A stretch of 63,117 bases of DNA, filler included, from Sphacelaria rigidula (taxonomy: Eukaryota): assembly GCA_964200075.2 (NCBI GenBank). It is 11 parts of 11 records of this genome, joined end to end, with 100 filler letters (N's around TTAATTAATTAA, not from the genome) between each part and the next. Parts side by side here need not be neighbours in the genome. Positions count along the whole stretch, not along the records: positions 11,495 to 17,141 come from CAXNAA020025582.1; positions 17,242 to 22,888 come from CAXNAA020025583.1; positions 22,989 to 28,635 come from CAXNAA020025584.1; 8 more parts are not named here. One strand, given 5' to 3'. The notes below the pieces were generated by a model. It searched no databases and was not told the origin of the DNA. It was given only the letters and a program-made list of their open reading frames with translations. This document shows positions 11,495-23,131 of this stretch, in pieces (positions within the stretch are counted from its first letter, which is position 1; every line of letters begins with the position of its first letter). A program made the position numbers and the translations under genes.

Positions 11495-11942
11495 ACACGA
11501 TCAATTTGACACATCACTTGATCGTAACGACGTAGTCAGTCCATTGCAACAAAAGATCCCCTCTTTCAGGAAAAACCGATTAGTGCCTGAAACAATTCCA
11601 GTTCCGAAATGCTCCCCAGGCGTGAAAATGCTTTGTGCGGTATCTCACCAACCAGACCGCCGAACTCCTCGAATGGGGTGCTGTACGGTAGCTGCATGCA
11701 CAGGACGCGTGCTCAAGCAAAAAAAAAAAAAAATGCCTGTTAGGAACGCCAGAGCATCCACTCCGAATCTGAAACTACGTTCTGAATCTCACGAATATAG
11801 TGTTGCATGTTCACTACTCAGATTGGTTGATTAGTGACGCGAACTGTTTCGCATAAGAATCGACCACAAAAAAACAGGTCTTCCGTTTGAAATCCTGACT
11901 CTGAATCTGAAACCACACTCTGAATCTCACGAATATAGTGTT
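11495..11942. mobile_element. TIR family C fragment with two tandem termini
   Basis: 11495-11804 is the reverse complement of ~60030-60340. The terminus tctgaatctcacgaatatagtgtt ends at 11804 and again at 11942. Confidence 0.75.
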
Positions 11943-11954
11943 AGAGACTACCGA

Positions 11955-12125
11955 ATGACGGCTTACCAAATGTATTGATCATGGCAATAGGTATTGATAG
12001 ATGGCTCACCTAATCTATTGATGACGGCAATGACTGTCGATGGACGGCTCACCAAACCTACTGATGGCGGCAATGACTATCGATGGATGGCTCCAAACCT
12101 ATTGATTACGGCAATGATTATCGAC
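11955..12125. repeat. Degenerate ~41-bp minisatellite (~4 units)
   Basis: Repeated gatggatggctcaccaaacctattgatgacggcaatgactatc-like unit. Confidence 0.7.
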
Positions 12126-12569
12126 ATGTACACCCCAGAATCTTTGGTGGTACACAATGTCCACTGATGGCGAGTGATCTTTTTCTATGATATTTACCAC
12201 AGGCTATCGATTGACTATTGCAACATCTATTGTCTCTTGCAATACAACATATCAATAGATGTGTTTCACCACCTATCGTGTTCGAAATTTTATATCGATA
12301 GTTCCCCCCCCGTGTCTGTTGTTGAAGCAATGAACTATTATTGCATTGTCCAGAATGTGCAATGTTTGCGAGGGACTGGGAATGTAGGATACGATTGAGA
12401 GCGAGAAGTGATCACATAAAGAATGAAATATTTTCAGTTCCGAAATGGCCTTCGGGGCCTTATACGAGGCCCGATACGCTTCCTGTATGAGCTCGTCACT
12501 AAAGCCTTTCATATCCCTGAGTAAGATATCGACGTGCAGATGCAGCACACGACGGTGTAACAAACATAG

Positions 12570-13206
12570 GAGCGATGCTACGGTAGGGGTGCACAAATAT
12601 CTTCCGGGGTTAGAGATGTGAGGAGCCCTTTATCTCATCCAAAAGACGACCTATGAAATACGTGAGAGTACGCCAGTATTATACTATTTCAATGCCATCC
12701 GCTCTGTGAAGTCAACCGGCGTCGGGCCAGGCTAGTAGTACGGTGGGGGACCACGTGGGAAGCCCTGGTGCTGTTCCTTGTCGCGCCCCGTTGGTGTGAT
12801 GGCCCGACTGTCGCGACTAGGGGAGAGAGGACGAGGGTTCGATTCCCGATACGTTGGATTTTTTCCTGGCAATGTATTATTTTCACCGTGGAAAGCGTGA
12901 GAATGCGAGTAAACAAAGTAGCCGACTGGGTTTGTGTAACGTGAATTGACGCGATGCGGGAGTGCTGACCCAATCCTCGAGACCGAAATGTAAGGCGCGT
13001 ACCGGGGGAGAGATGGGTTGATCCCTAGATACCACGGACTCATCGCGAGGAAGGAGAGGGGTTCGAAGTGCGAAGAAAAAAAATACGAGGGATATCCCGA
13101 ATCAATTTGCAAACGGGGATGCCCTGACCCACATTATTGTGCATCTCTAATCGTTAGGAGCCCTGAACCAGACAACATTTTGCGCACCCCTAGCGTAGCA
13201 TTGCTC
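12570..13206. mobile_element. TIR family D non-autonomous element (GAG...CTC ends)
   Basis: gagcgatgctacggtaggggtgcacaaa pairs with tttgcgcacccctagcgtagcattgctc. The same terminus recurs at 17084-17141. Part of the interior (12940-13045) recurs inverted at 16790-16890. Confidence 0.7.
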
Positions 13207-13944
13207 AAAGAAAAGCTATCAGCATAACTTACTCATTGAGCGCTTGTCTCTCAATCTCAAGAATATATATTTTCATCGTTGTTCGAAGGATTCGTGTTAG
13301 ATCTAGTGGTATGACCCACCGCCAATCAACACCGATCTTCTTACGGTTACGGAGGCGGGTCGCCTTAGTTAGGCCGATCGGCTTCAATTGCCCGACTTTT
13401 TTCAGGGCTCAAGGGAAACAGTGAGCTGGAAAACATTAGCGAGCGAGGCAAAACACAACACGTGGCGTATGGATGATTCTCATCCGTTTCTCTGTAACAT
13501 TTTCGCCCCCAGCCAAAACGTGGGATCACCTCTTACTCTGATTTGGTCTCATGTATGGTGCACCACCTTCCCCAACATTCACCCTTGTTGGCGTGAGCTA
13601 CCGCTACATTGATACCACCCTCAAAATCGCAAAAGCGAACATTGGGAAGATTAAACGAGCTATCGGGAAGTTCAGTTCTCCTAGTTTCTTGTCCGGTTGA
13701 CAGGCGCAAGCCACGTACCGTGAACACCTCGTGAGAAATAAGTGTGGGCTTGCAACACCATCACGAGCCCTATACCTCTCAGCATCCATGGCAACAGTAA
13801 GTAAGTCGCTAAGTCGCTGACAACAATATTTGGTGTGATTGCGAGTAGAGGATGCGATTGAGAGTAAAAAGTGGTTAATTCGTGAATGATTCGTCTCAGT
13901 TCTGTAACACCCCTCCACGAGGCCCAATATGCTTTCTGTAGTAG

Positions 13945-14139
13945 TGTAATGCGTGAGAGGACCGCACCGTAGTTCAAAACACCTCAGGATCGACGTTTTT
14001 CAAAACCAATCGAGCCAGTCCCTGCAGGTACCACGTCCCTGATCCTAATCCCAACCCCAACCCTGTTCCTAATCCTAACCCTAGGGGTGTTCAAATTCCG
14101 ATGCGGTCCTGCAAGCACGCGATCCTCTCACGCATTGCA
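13945..14139. mobile_element. MITE family A copy
   Basis: TGTAATGCGTGAGAGGACCGC...TCCTCTCACGCATTGCA with 4-bp TSD GTAG. Internal cctaatcccaaccccaaccc...cctaaccct. Confidence 0.85.
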
Positions 14140-14249
14140 GTAGCTTGGCACTGAGGCCCGTGATATCCCTGAGTAGGATATCGACGTGTAGCTGTAAGCA
14201 CACGCCAGTGGTGGAAGCAAAGAAAATCACTCACCGAACGAATACTTGG

Positions 14250-14870
14250 GTAAGTTAAAGCGATTGATCAAATCCACTCTTAATCAGCGCTCTACTCTCA
14301 ATCTCACGAAAACGTTGTTGTTTGACGCCAAGGCGTCGCTAAATGAGGCAGCTCTCCCCGCGTCACACATTTTTTTTTCACATATCGGAATTGGTATCTG
14401 GCAGAGATGCGTCAACCAACATAGATGGGCCCGAAATGCCACACGGCGACATGGCGTCCAACACTTGCTCGCCGTAAACGCGGATCGAAAGTTCGGACCT
14501 CACCATCCGTAGCCGGGTGGTCCGGGTATCGAATGTAAGGACGTTAAGGCCTTCAAGGTGAGGAAGCCACAGCAGAAAGGGCCTGACCGATGGATCATTG
14601 TCGCATACAATTTCCGATCCCACGCATGGATAGTGAACTCGCAGAGCAAAGGCCGCAACAATCCGTGAAAAATAGTCTGGGCCATCGGTAACAGCGCTCG
14701 AGAGATATCAAACTTATCAAAACATCGTTTGCCGCTATCCCAGCGGCGAGTTTATATTCGGTTTTCATCTGCTTTGAAAACGTCGAGATTGGCACAGACA
14801 TACTAGGATACATCTTTATTCCGTCAAGAATATAACTCCTTGCGAGAGGAAAAGATAAACGGAGGGGAAA
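14250..14870 (-). pseudogene. Possible decayed transposase/exonuclease remnant
   Basis: Minus-strand peptides LERCYRWPRLFFTDCCG followed by VLTFDT...GPSMLVDASLPD loosely recall DUF6729-type YxDxCC proteins and a DnaQ/WRN-like exonuclease. By eye only, and frameshifted. Confidence 0.25.
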
Positions 14871-15144
14871 CCATGGAACACTCCATGTCACAACAACCCG
14901 ACCAGAACGTGCCGACGATGCATCGAAATTCGGAGAGAGCAGGTTAGCTGGGTCACATGTTGTGCTGTTCTTCCGCAAGCGTGTCCGCTGGTTGCCTTGG
15001 GTACGTCTACCTTGTGAGCACAACTGGCCCCCTCTGGGATTGCGTTTTGTCCGACAACAAGCAATCAATCTATACATAAAAATAGGCCAATGTCTTGAAC
15101 CGAGAGAACCACGTCCACAACGTGGCCCAATGGGCGACCCTGGC

Positions 15145-15352
15145 TGTAATGCGTGGGAGAACCGCGTCCTCAGAGGAACGCATCGGAGTTTCAACACCCC
15201 TATGGCTAGTTAGGGTTAGGGTTGGGGTTAGGGCTTGGTTGAAGGCTGTGGTCCCTGTGGGGGCTGGCCCGATTGGTTTTGCAAAATGTCGATCCTGGTG
15301 TGTTTTGACTTTTTGGCGGTCCTCTAATCACGCGGTCCTCCCACGCATTACA
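15145..15352. mobile_element. MITE family A copy (no clear TSD)
   Basis: TGTAATGCGTGGGAGAACCGCG...CGCGGTCCTCCCACGCATTACA. Internal gttagggttagggttggggttaggg. Confidence 0.85.
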
Positions 15353-15700
15353 GCAGCCGACCATCTTCGGTAGGCGTCAGCCTCTGCTAACTCAGAGTGG
15401 ATACACACAGCAATATCCATAATACCTGGGACTCATGGTCGTACTTCACCCACCAGGTTTCTCGTCTCTCTCCATTTTCACGAGTTTTTGTTCCCCGCTG
15501 AATTTCGGGAGTTAACATTTCGTCGCTTTTGTGAACTTGGATGCCAACCCGGGACCTTGCGAGTATGAGTCAGACAGAGGCACCTAACCGATGTTGCCAT
15601 GTTGGACAGGTATTTGTTCTTGAACATATTCCCCTCATATGTGGTAACATCCATAGTTCATGTAGTACAAACACAGAGTGCCAGAGTGCATACCGTATAA

Positions 15701-16358
15701 GAGTCTCTTCGAGAGTGAAGTTCAGCATGAAAATGAGGTTCAACTCAAAACAGTACTTTCCCAGACCTAAAGTCATGACAAGTGGCCTTCATGTGAGAGA
15801 TTTCATGACCCCCGACCTCCATGAAGCTATACCAGGGGGAGCTTTCCGTCATCCGTTCCCTCAACATTCATGGGTAAAAGCACGTTTTTGCGTCGATTTT
15901 GGAACCATGCTACGATGGGGAGGGGGTGGGCGGGGGCGGCAGGCGGCGGCGGCGGCGGGGGGTGATGTTTCGAGCCATTTCTTCCACTTCAAATCGTCGT
16001 TGAAAACAGCGGCGGTTGTTCGAACGCGCTTGTTACCGCTAAAAACGCCCGTTCAGACTGATTGACGTCGTTCTCACGGACACCCGTGTGCCTTTTTTTA
16101 ACAAAATCAGACCTCCCTCGCCCCGCCATCGTAGCATGGCTCTTTGGGGTGAAAAGGGAGATGTTTTCATGCCCGAAAATGGGGCTTTCACACATTTTCG
16201 GGGGAACGGAAGACGGGAAGCTCTCAAGAAACGTTTCAGGGGCTATGAGTGCATGAGGTCGTCTTGATGAAAATTATTTGTCATGACTTAGCGTTGGGAA
16301 AGCACTGCTTCGGAGTTGAACCTCATACTAACGTGCAACTTCATTTCTGAGGGGACTC
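15701..16358. mobile_element. Long-TIR non-autonomous element related to family B
   Basis: gagtctc...tgaagtt...atgaggttcaactcaaaacagtactttccca pairs with tgggaaagcactgcttcggagttgaacctcat...aacttca...gactc. It shares the ATGAGGTTC...AAAACAGTRCTTTC motif with 44276-44674. Confidence 0.7.
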
Positions 16359-16434
16359 AATCGTATTGTGAAAGCCCATTAGTACTTTCTGTCGGAGCGT
16401 ACAGCAAATGGAAAGGGACAGCACACAATGAATG

Positions 16435-16520
16435 GTTGGTTCGTTGATTGATCCATTGATTTGATGATTGATTTATTGCCGCAGCTTAACTGACCCCGAG
16501 GGATCCAGCCGTGGTCACAC
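16435..16520 (-). repeat. Putative non-LTR (SINE/LINE) 3' end: GACCACGGCTGGATC motif plus (CAAT/CCAA)n tail
   Basis: ggatccagccgtggtcac next to an (attg)-rich tract. The same layout occurs at 24166-24245 (+), 52905-52985 (-) and 56957-57030 (+). Confidence 0.55.
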
Positions 16521-16582
16521 AATACTCTTACCGGAGAGAAACACAAGGAGCCTTGAGAGGGCGAGAAGCATGACAAACATGG

Positions 16583-16745
16583 TGCAATGGACGGGAGGAT
16601 CGCGTGTTCTTCGGACCGCATGGTAGTTCAAAACACCCCCGGATCGACGTTTTTCAAGACCGATCGGGCCAGTCCCTGCAGGGATCGTGCCCCTGACTTT
16701 ACCCTCAACACTATCTTTAACTCTATCCGTAACCGTAACCATATA
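16583..16745. mobile_element. MITE family A, degenerate partial copy
   Basis: gtagttcaaaacacccccggatcgacgtttttcaagaccgatcgggccagtccctgcagg matches the family interior. The right TIR is missing. Confidence 0.7.
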
Positions 16746-17083
16746 GCTATATATAAATACATGTCGCCCTTTGAACCCCTTCGCTTTCTGGACGAGTCAG
16801 TGGTCTCAAGGGATCAACCCATCTCTCCCCGTCACACGCCTTGCATTTTGATCTCGCGGATTGGGTCAGCACTCCCGCAACGCGTCAACTACTGCCCACG
16901 CACGTTCTCACGCTAAGGAGGTACGAACTCCGATGTGGTTCACGAAACACGCGGTCCTCCCCCGCATCACACATGAACGAAGAAGCAAAACAAAGCACAT
17001 GAAAATGACCGACATATACCGTATATAATACCGGCCCGATCCCCCCCCCCCCCTTCTTCTTCTTCTTCTTCTTCTCCTTCTCA

Positions 17084-17141
17084 ATGCTACGGTAGGGGTG
17101 CACTTTTTGCGCGAAATCTTTTCTGGTTCAGGGGCTCCTAA
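17084..17141. mobile_element. Terminus of TIR family D (contig ends inside it)
   Basis: atgctacggtaggggtgcac...ctggttcaggggctcctaa matches the reverse complement of 13134-13201. Confidence 0.7.
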
Positions 17142-17469
17142 NNNNNNNNNNNNNNNNNNNNNNNNNNNNNNNNNNNNNNNNNNNNTTAATTAATTAANNN
17201 NNNNNNNNNNNNNNNNNNNNNNNNNNNNNNNNNNNNNNNNNGTGTTACTCTTTCGTATTTTCCCTACAATGTAGGTATGAGACTTCAACCTCATTTTATG
17301 TTTCAACCGCAAAAATTAGGATCGGCCGGTTTATGGTATTGAGCAAACACCCCCAGTGAATTTTAGCTACATTTGGTCAGTAACAGTGCATGTATTCCAA
17401 ACCCTCTTTTTTTTCTGTCATGTAGCTGTCATATGTGACATGTTTCCCTCAGATATATTTGCACTTGGG

Positions 17470-18260
17470 TGCTAGTTACATCTGCTGGTATGCATGATTG
17501 GGCACTGAGACACGGATCGGTCCATGGGCGCCTGGGTTATTCCTGCCCGGGTTCTGGGATGCCTTCGGTTCCGCGGACACCTGATTAAGGTCAAGTCTCG
17601 GGTTAGTAACAAGGCGATGTTGCAGATACATATATATTTTTTTCTTCACCTGTGAGCATTGTGCTCTTTTGTCTAAACCAGGTCAAAATGACTTCGGCTT
17701 CTTGTATTGTGTCAAATAGATGCATCATGAGTAACACATGTTTTTTTTATGGGATGCGTTTTCTTTTGCACTTTGGTACAGGCTGCATCAGTTAGGTATA
17801 CCTGACTGGGCACTGGGACACGGACCCGGTCCACGGGCGCTTGAAGTATTTCTGCCCGGGTTCTGGGATACCTTCGGTTCACTGACACTGGAGTATAGGA
17901 CAAAGTCCTCGCATTAGTACCAAAGCGGTGGGTCTGATGTTTATCTTGTGAGCATTATACTCTTTGGTGAAACATCGACATGTTCTTTGCTCCATATCAT
18001 TGTGTGGCATATACGTGTGTCCCATGTGATAACCCACAAGATGCGTTGCATTTTGGTGCTGGATGCATCTGCTGTTTCTACATGCCTGGGCACTGGGACA
18101 CTGGTCGGTCCACGGGCGCCTGGCTTTCTCATGTCCGGGTTCTGGGATACTTTCGGTTTCCTTGACACCGAAATAGTACACGTCTTCGTGTTAGTAACAA
18201 AGCGGTGAATTCGATGTTTTCGGCCTAAGCATTGTGTTATTTTGTCTATACCTCGCCAAA
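17470..18260. repeat. Three diverged ~280-310-bp tandem units downstream of the Gypsy integrase
   Basis: gggcactg(a/g)gacac...ggtcca(t/c)gggcgc...cgggttctgggat...ttcggtt at ~17500, ~17808 and ~18088. Confidence 0.8.
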
Positions 18261-18403
18261 ATGATCAGCACCACCCCTATTGCTGAGAGGTTATCTTCCC
18301 TGGGAAGTTGCACTCCGGTCACCGTTGACATGTCAGATATGTTTCCGTTCATGTCTGCATTGTTCTAAGGTTGTTTTTTCGTTTTCTTCTCTTGTGACTT
18401 TTC

Positions 18404-18760
18404 CTTGATCTCCGAATTGTGACCCCGGGCTACTGCTCAACCCTTGAGCGTGTTGCTAGTACGCTCGAACAGTCTGTTGAACAGTCACATCGGTTTCCGT
18501 TACCCGGTATTTTGTTTGGTTTCGACTCCGGATGTGAGCGCTTTGCTAACCCGTTGTCATGACGGTATATATCGAGGAAGTGTCTACCTTGTGTTGATTC
18601 GTCAGCTCGATAGCTTAAGTCAACTGTTGAGTCGTAGCTTCTGAGTCTCATTGATCTCCGAATTTTGATCTCAGGTTACTGCTCAACCTTTGAGCGTTTT
18701 GCTAGGACGCTCAAACAGCCTGTTAAACAGTCACACCCGTTTCTGTTTCCTTGTAGTTGT
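18404..18760. repeat. ~246-bp-period duplication
   Basis: ttgatctccgaatt...tactgctcaacc...cgctc(g/a)aacag...aacagtcaca at ~18405 and ~18651. Confidence 0.75.
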
Positions 18761-18843
18761 GGATTCCAAGTCTGGATGTGGGCATTCAGCTAACCCTTTG
18801 CCAAAGTCCGGTGCCGGTGCTGTTTCTCGCGGTTGATATTTCT

Positions 18844-21800
18844 TCAAATAAGCGAGATGTACTGACGTTTCTCTAGAATCGTCGCCCTATTTTGATGATG
18901 TACACAACCGGCGATCGTGTCTCGGTTACCATGAAAGGTCCTCTCCATGTAGATTGGAGTTTCGGGCTCGGCCTTCTTGAGTCCTGGTATATTGGGTACA
19001 AGAGTACCTTTTGACTGTGTTTGAACACCATGAAAGATTTGAAATTGTTCTTGTTTTGCTCGCTCGCTCTTCTCATAGGGCTTGTATCGCAACTTCAAAT
19101 CCAAACTGTCGGTTTTCCCGTGTTTCTTTGGAAAATTCTTCGGGTGTTGTCGCTTGGCTCTCCTCCGGTATGCCTAGAATCATGTCAGCTGGCAATCTGG
19201 GCTTCCTTCCGAACAATAAAGAATATGGTATCTCCTGTACTGTACTGTGATAGGATGTGTTGTACACCATTTAGATGAACGGAGATATGGGTGCCCGATT
19301 TTTTGTGTCCAATTGATCTAAGCCTAGCTAACATCGCGTGCATAGTGGAGTGGATCTGTTCCGACACTGAGATACTTTGCGGGTGTAAAAGTGCCGTGCG
19401 AGGTTTACTGAAACCCGGCTCCTGTTGCCATGCCTATGTCAGCTTGTTTCCGATTTCGGTTCATTAATTCGAACGCAGCTTTCCCGGGATGCCAAATATA
19501 GTAAAGGCTATGTCGAAAAGAGCTTTTTTGTGAGGTGGTCCACTGCGGTCAGTACATATTTACCTAGTTCTCCGGCGTTTTACATCGAATTCGTTTTGCA
19601 TTCGACTAGGTTTGCCGGCACTCTTTCGTCTAGCCGTCCTACCGGAACGTGTCACCTCGGCACATTCTGGCTGGTTGACTGACAGCTCTCGGTCGCTTTG
19701 AACTGGCTTCAAACAGTCTAGCTCTTAGCTGATATTTGACGGTGATCTAGGGCTCAGCTATTTGCAGCACATGGTCTTTTGGCACGTCACCACATAGTTG
19801 TAGTAGCTCAAACAGTCGTGAGGGTGTCCGGAATAACATGAAGTTCCTCCGGCTTTTTGTCTCTCATCATTATCATGAAGGTTTTCCGGGATTTTCATGT
19901 GGGCTTGACAGGTTGGTAATTTTGTATAATTTCTGTTTTTTGTTCGTCACCTACTCCGTGCCTGCTGTCCTTGAAAGGCTGATGCGCGTGGATGCTTGAA
20001 GTACATCCGGCGATCGAGTGTCCTCCTCGGTTAATATGCGTGGATGTACGACAGTAGTTGTTGTTGTTCACGGGGTATTTTCTGTTTCAACTCATGCTGC
20101 CATTCTATGTCGGAACCCTCGGATTTTTATTCCGCGTTTCTGAGATCGGTGGGTCCTGGCGGTACTTGCTTCATCTCAGCTGCCATGATGGCCTGATGTT
20201 CATCTATAAACTTTCGCTGATACACGGTACTTCTGCTGCGGCATCGATTGTGATTTTTTGTTTTTTTCAGCGAGGGTACCGTTTCCTCTGGCTGCGACTC
20301 TAACGCGGGCTGCTGCACAGGATAGCGCTGTGGGCGCATCTGTATACCCGGCGGGTGATGATGCGTTGTTATGAGTCATAACAGTGATCGTCCAAGATCG
20401 GGTTGCAAAGGAAAGACTGGTGTTTCGATTTGGTGTCAACAGCCCCTGCTTATAACATCGCTGTTTTTCTGGCTGCCGGTTGAAAATTTGTCCGCGCGGA
20501 ATGTAACGTTACCGATTCATTGGGGTACGGCGGGGGGTGTAACAAACTTGAGAGCCTCAACAAGTTGAGCTTCAATTTCGGCGATGATAGCCCTTTGTGT
20601 GGCGTATCATTTTTTCCACGGCTGCTCTGACGGCTGCTTAGGAATCCACTCTCATCGTGCTCTTTTCAGCTTCTGCTCCTAGTATGTAGTTTCACACCAC
20701 CACTGAGGGCTGTTTTGGTGCCCGTCTGGAGGGGTTATTGTGCTGCCTAGGAAACCCGTTTCTCTTCGTTTTGTTTTTCACCAGACGGTTGACACTTTCC
20801 TCCATTTCATGAGTACTGAGGTGTGAGATATTGAACTGTCTGCAGTTTACAACTCCTCCCAGCTTGCGGGCTGGGATGCTGTAAGACCATCCAATACACC
20901 TCCCTTTCTCTCGTTTGCTAAATGGTAGGGAATGACAAGGTCGTGCATTCGCAGGTTGGGTAAACGTTTTTTTTGTGTTAGTGCTATTTCGAGTCACCGC
21001 ATTTCCAGAGGTCGGCCTGCTTGATTAATTGCCGTGCCTCTAGCACTGTGCTGGTTCAAGGTTGGTTGACAAATGTGGCTTCGCTGTTTTGTTAGCCATC
21101 TTGGTGACATCTTATGCACGCTGATGAACCAATTTCGCGTTTTCGCTGTTTGACTAGCCATACGGGTGCCATATACTGCACACTGAGGAGTCTAACTTCG
21201 CGCTCCGCTATTTGATTAGTCATGCTGGTGACATATAAATGCACATTGAGGGGGCTAATTTCGCGTTGACCTAAATATATGATTCCAATAACCTCTCAAC
21301 TCGAATAAAATATGCACATAGTAACCCATACATTTCACCTGGAGTAGCGTTCCTTGGAGGACCCTGGTGCTTCCGGTGTCGGGGAGCAGTCGGTTCTCGT
21401 TCTAGTTTTTCACTTCTAAAGCCTGTCTTGCCTGAGTTCTGTTCTGGTGTTGTGATGGTAAATGACTGAGGGACTGAATTAAAACTAGTTTCCTTGTGGA
21501 TATGCAGGTGGTCCCCAGAAACGACCAGGGGGTATGGAAGGATTCTAGTCGAATGTGTGTTTGTATTATTGCCGCCGCGGGTTGAGGGTGAAAGGATTGT
21601 ACCCGAATGGCTGCGTGTACCTGCCGCTACTACAGCTTTTGATTGGCTTGGGGTACAGTGCGTCACGTGGAGTAGTATTTATATGACAAGATTGTATGCG
21701 TAGCTAGAAGTCTTTGAGGGTAATCGTGTGCCGCATCGCCCAGGCGAACACTCGAACACCCCGACAACAGTCTTCAGGCCTAATTGGATATAAGGAAGAG

Positions 21801-21910
21801 CTTTCTCATCAGCTACCCACCGATCTCCTGTCTTCAGTGTCGCGAGTCCACAGCCTTATTGACGTGAGTCTTAGCTGTGCTGTATTATCACCCTCCTTCA
21901 CCATTGTTAC
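18844..21910 (-). mobile_element. Decayed Ty3/Gypsy-like LTR retrotransposon (integrase and probable gag remnants)
   Basis: Minus-strand VYNTSYHSTVQEIPYSLLFGRKPRLPADMILG and PKLQSTWRGPFMV (GPY/F-like module), plus a Zn-binding-like YVVTCQK. A candidate LTR end ...GTAACA is followed by a PBS-like TGGTGAAGGAGGGTG at 21888-21910 (-). Confidence 0.75.
21080..21270. repeat. ~63-bp tandem repeat (3 units) in the Gypsy 5' leader
   Basis: Repeated ttcgcg...tttgactagccat...ggtgacat...tgcac unit. Confidence 0.65.
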
Positions 21911-22988
21911 TTGTTTGCTGGCTGTGGGGCTGTTCCAACTTAGACAGCTGGCTATTGTATTGAGAGAGTGAAACATACGGTTTGAGTTACGAGCCGAAAA
22001 CAGGATCAGTGAGCCACATACTCTCCCATCTTGGGTCGTGGCCTGCTTTGCTAGCGATTACATCGCAGTTGGGGCTTCAGCTGGACATCGCAGTTGGGGC
22101 TTCAGAGGTAGCTTGTGACCTCAAGCTGTACTGTTTTTCTCCCCGTGGGCTACCGTTGTAAGCGTTCCAGCCCACCACAACTCTTTGTTGGTTTGATTTT
22201 TTCAAGCCCTGTATTTTCGGTCTTTGATTTTTACTTGATATTTGTATACACGATTCAGCGGTGTAATACACCAAGGTAAAATGACAGCTTCGTGGACAGC
22301 TGTTGTTTTTTTTACTCGAAGTTGGACACACATTCCGACACGAGTTCGCTGCAGGTCTTTGATGTGCCACATGGTACCCATGTTGGTTTCAGGCAGTGGC
22401 GGCCGAACCATGAGGCGCTTCAGGTATGAACGCGCGCGTCAGCCCTCTCTTGCTGCACAAGCATATTCCCCGCACCCTACAGGTCATACCGACGGTACAA
22501 GCCAAGCGACTCTGGCAACGTTTTACTCTGCACAGAGAACGGATCGCGTTTTCATGCACACTCGATCTGAAGTGCCGTGTCTGTTTTCACCCACGGACGG
22601 TTCTCGGATAATAGAGCCGCTCACGCGTCCCTTGTTTAGATACGCCCCTCAAGGATCCCTAGCTTTTTCACCACCCTCCCGACCACCTACCCCCGCAAGC
22701 GCCCCTGCTCACAGTCTGTATCAACTGAATCGACCGACCTGTGTCCAAACACGCGCCGATTCATGCTTGCAGGTAAAGAGTTCGTGGGCTATCTCAATCG
22801 CCGCCGCTGTACAATCGACTTGTCTCGCCCAAATTCGGAAAGCTGAGCCACCATGCGCACCGAATTATATCGATGCGGCATGATGGACNNNNNNNNNNNN
22901 NNNNNNNNNNNNNNNNNNNNNNNNNNNNNNNNTTAATTAATTAANNNNNNNNNNNNNNNNNNNNNNNNNNNNNNNNNNNNNNNNNNNN

Positions 22989-23131
22989 ACTCATTTGTTG
23001 CTTGCCTTAGTCATTTGACCATTGACCACGCATCCCTTTCGAGACGGAGCGGGGGGGGAGGGGGGGCGTACTCATTTGTTGCTTGCCTTAGTCGTTTGAC
23101 CATTGACCACGCGCCCCTTTCGATACGAAGC
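22989..23131 (+). mobile_element. Two tandem poly-G-anchored G1 elements
   Basis: actcatttgttgcttgccttagtc(a/g)tttgaccattgaccacgc occurs twice, separated by a G-run. Confidence 0.8.
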
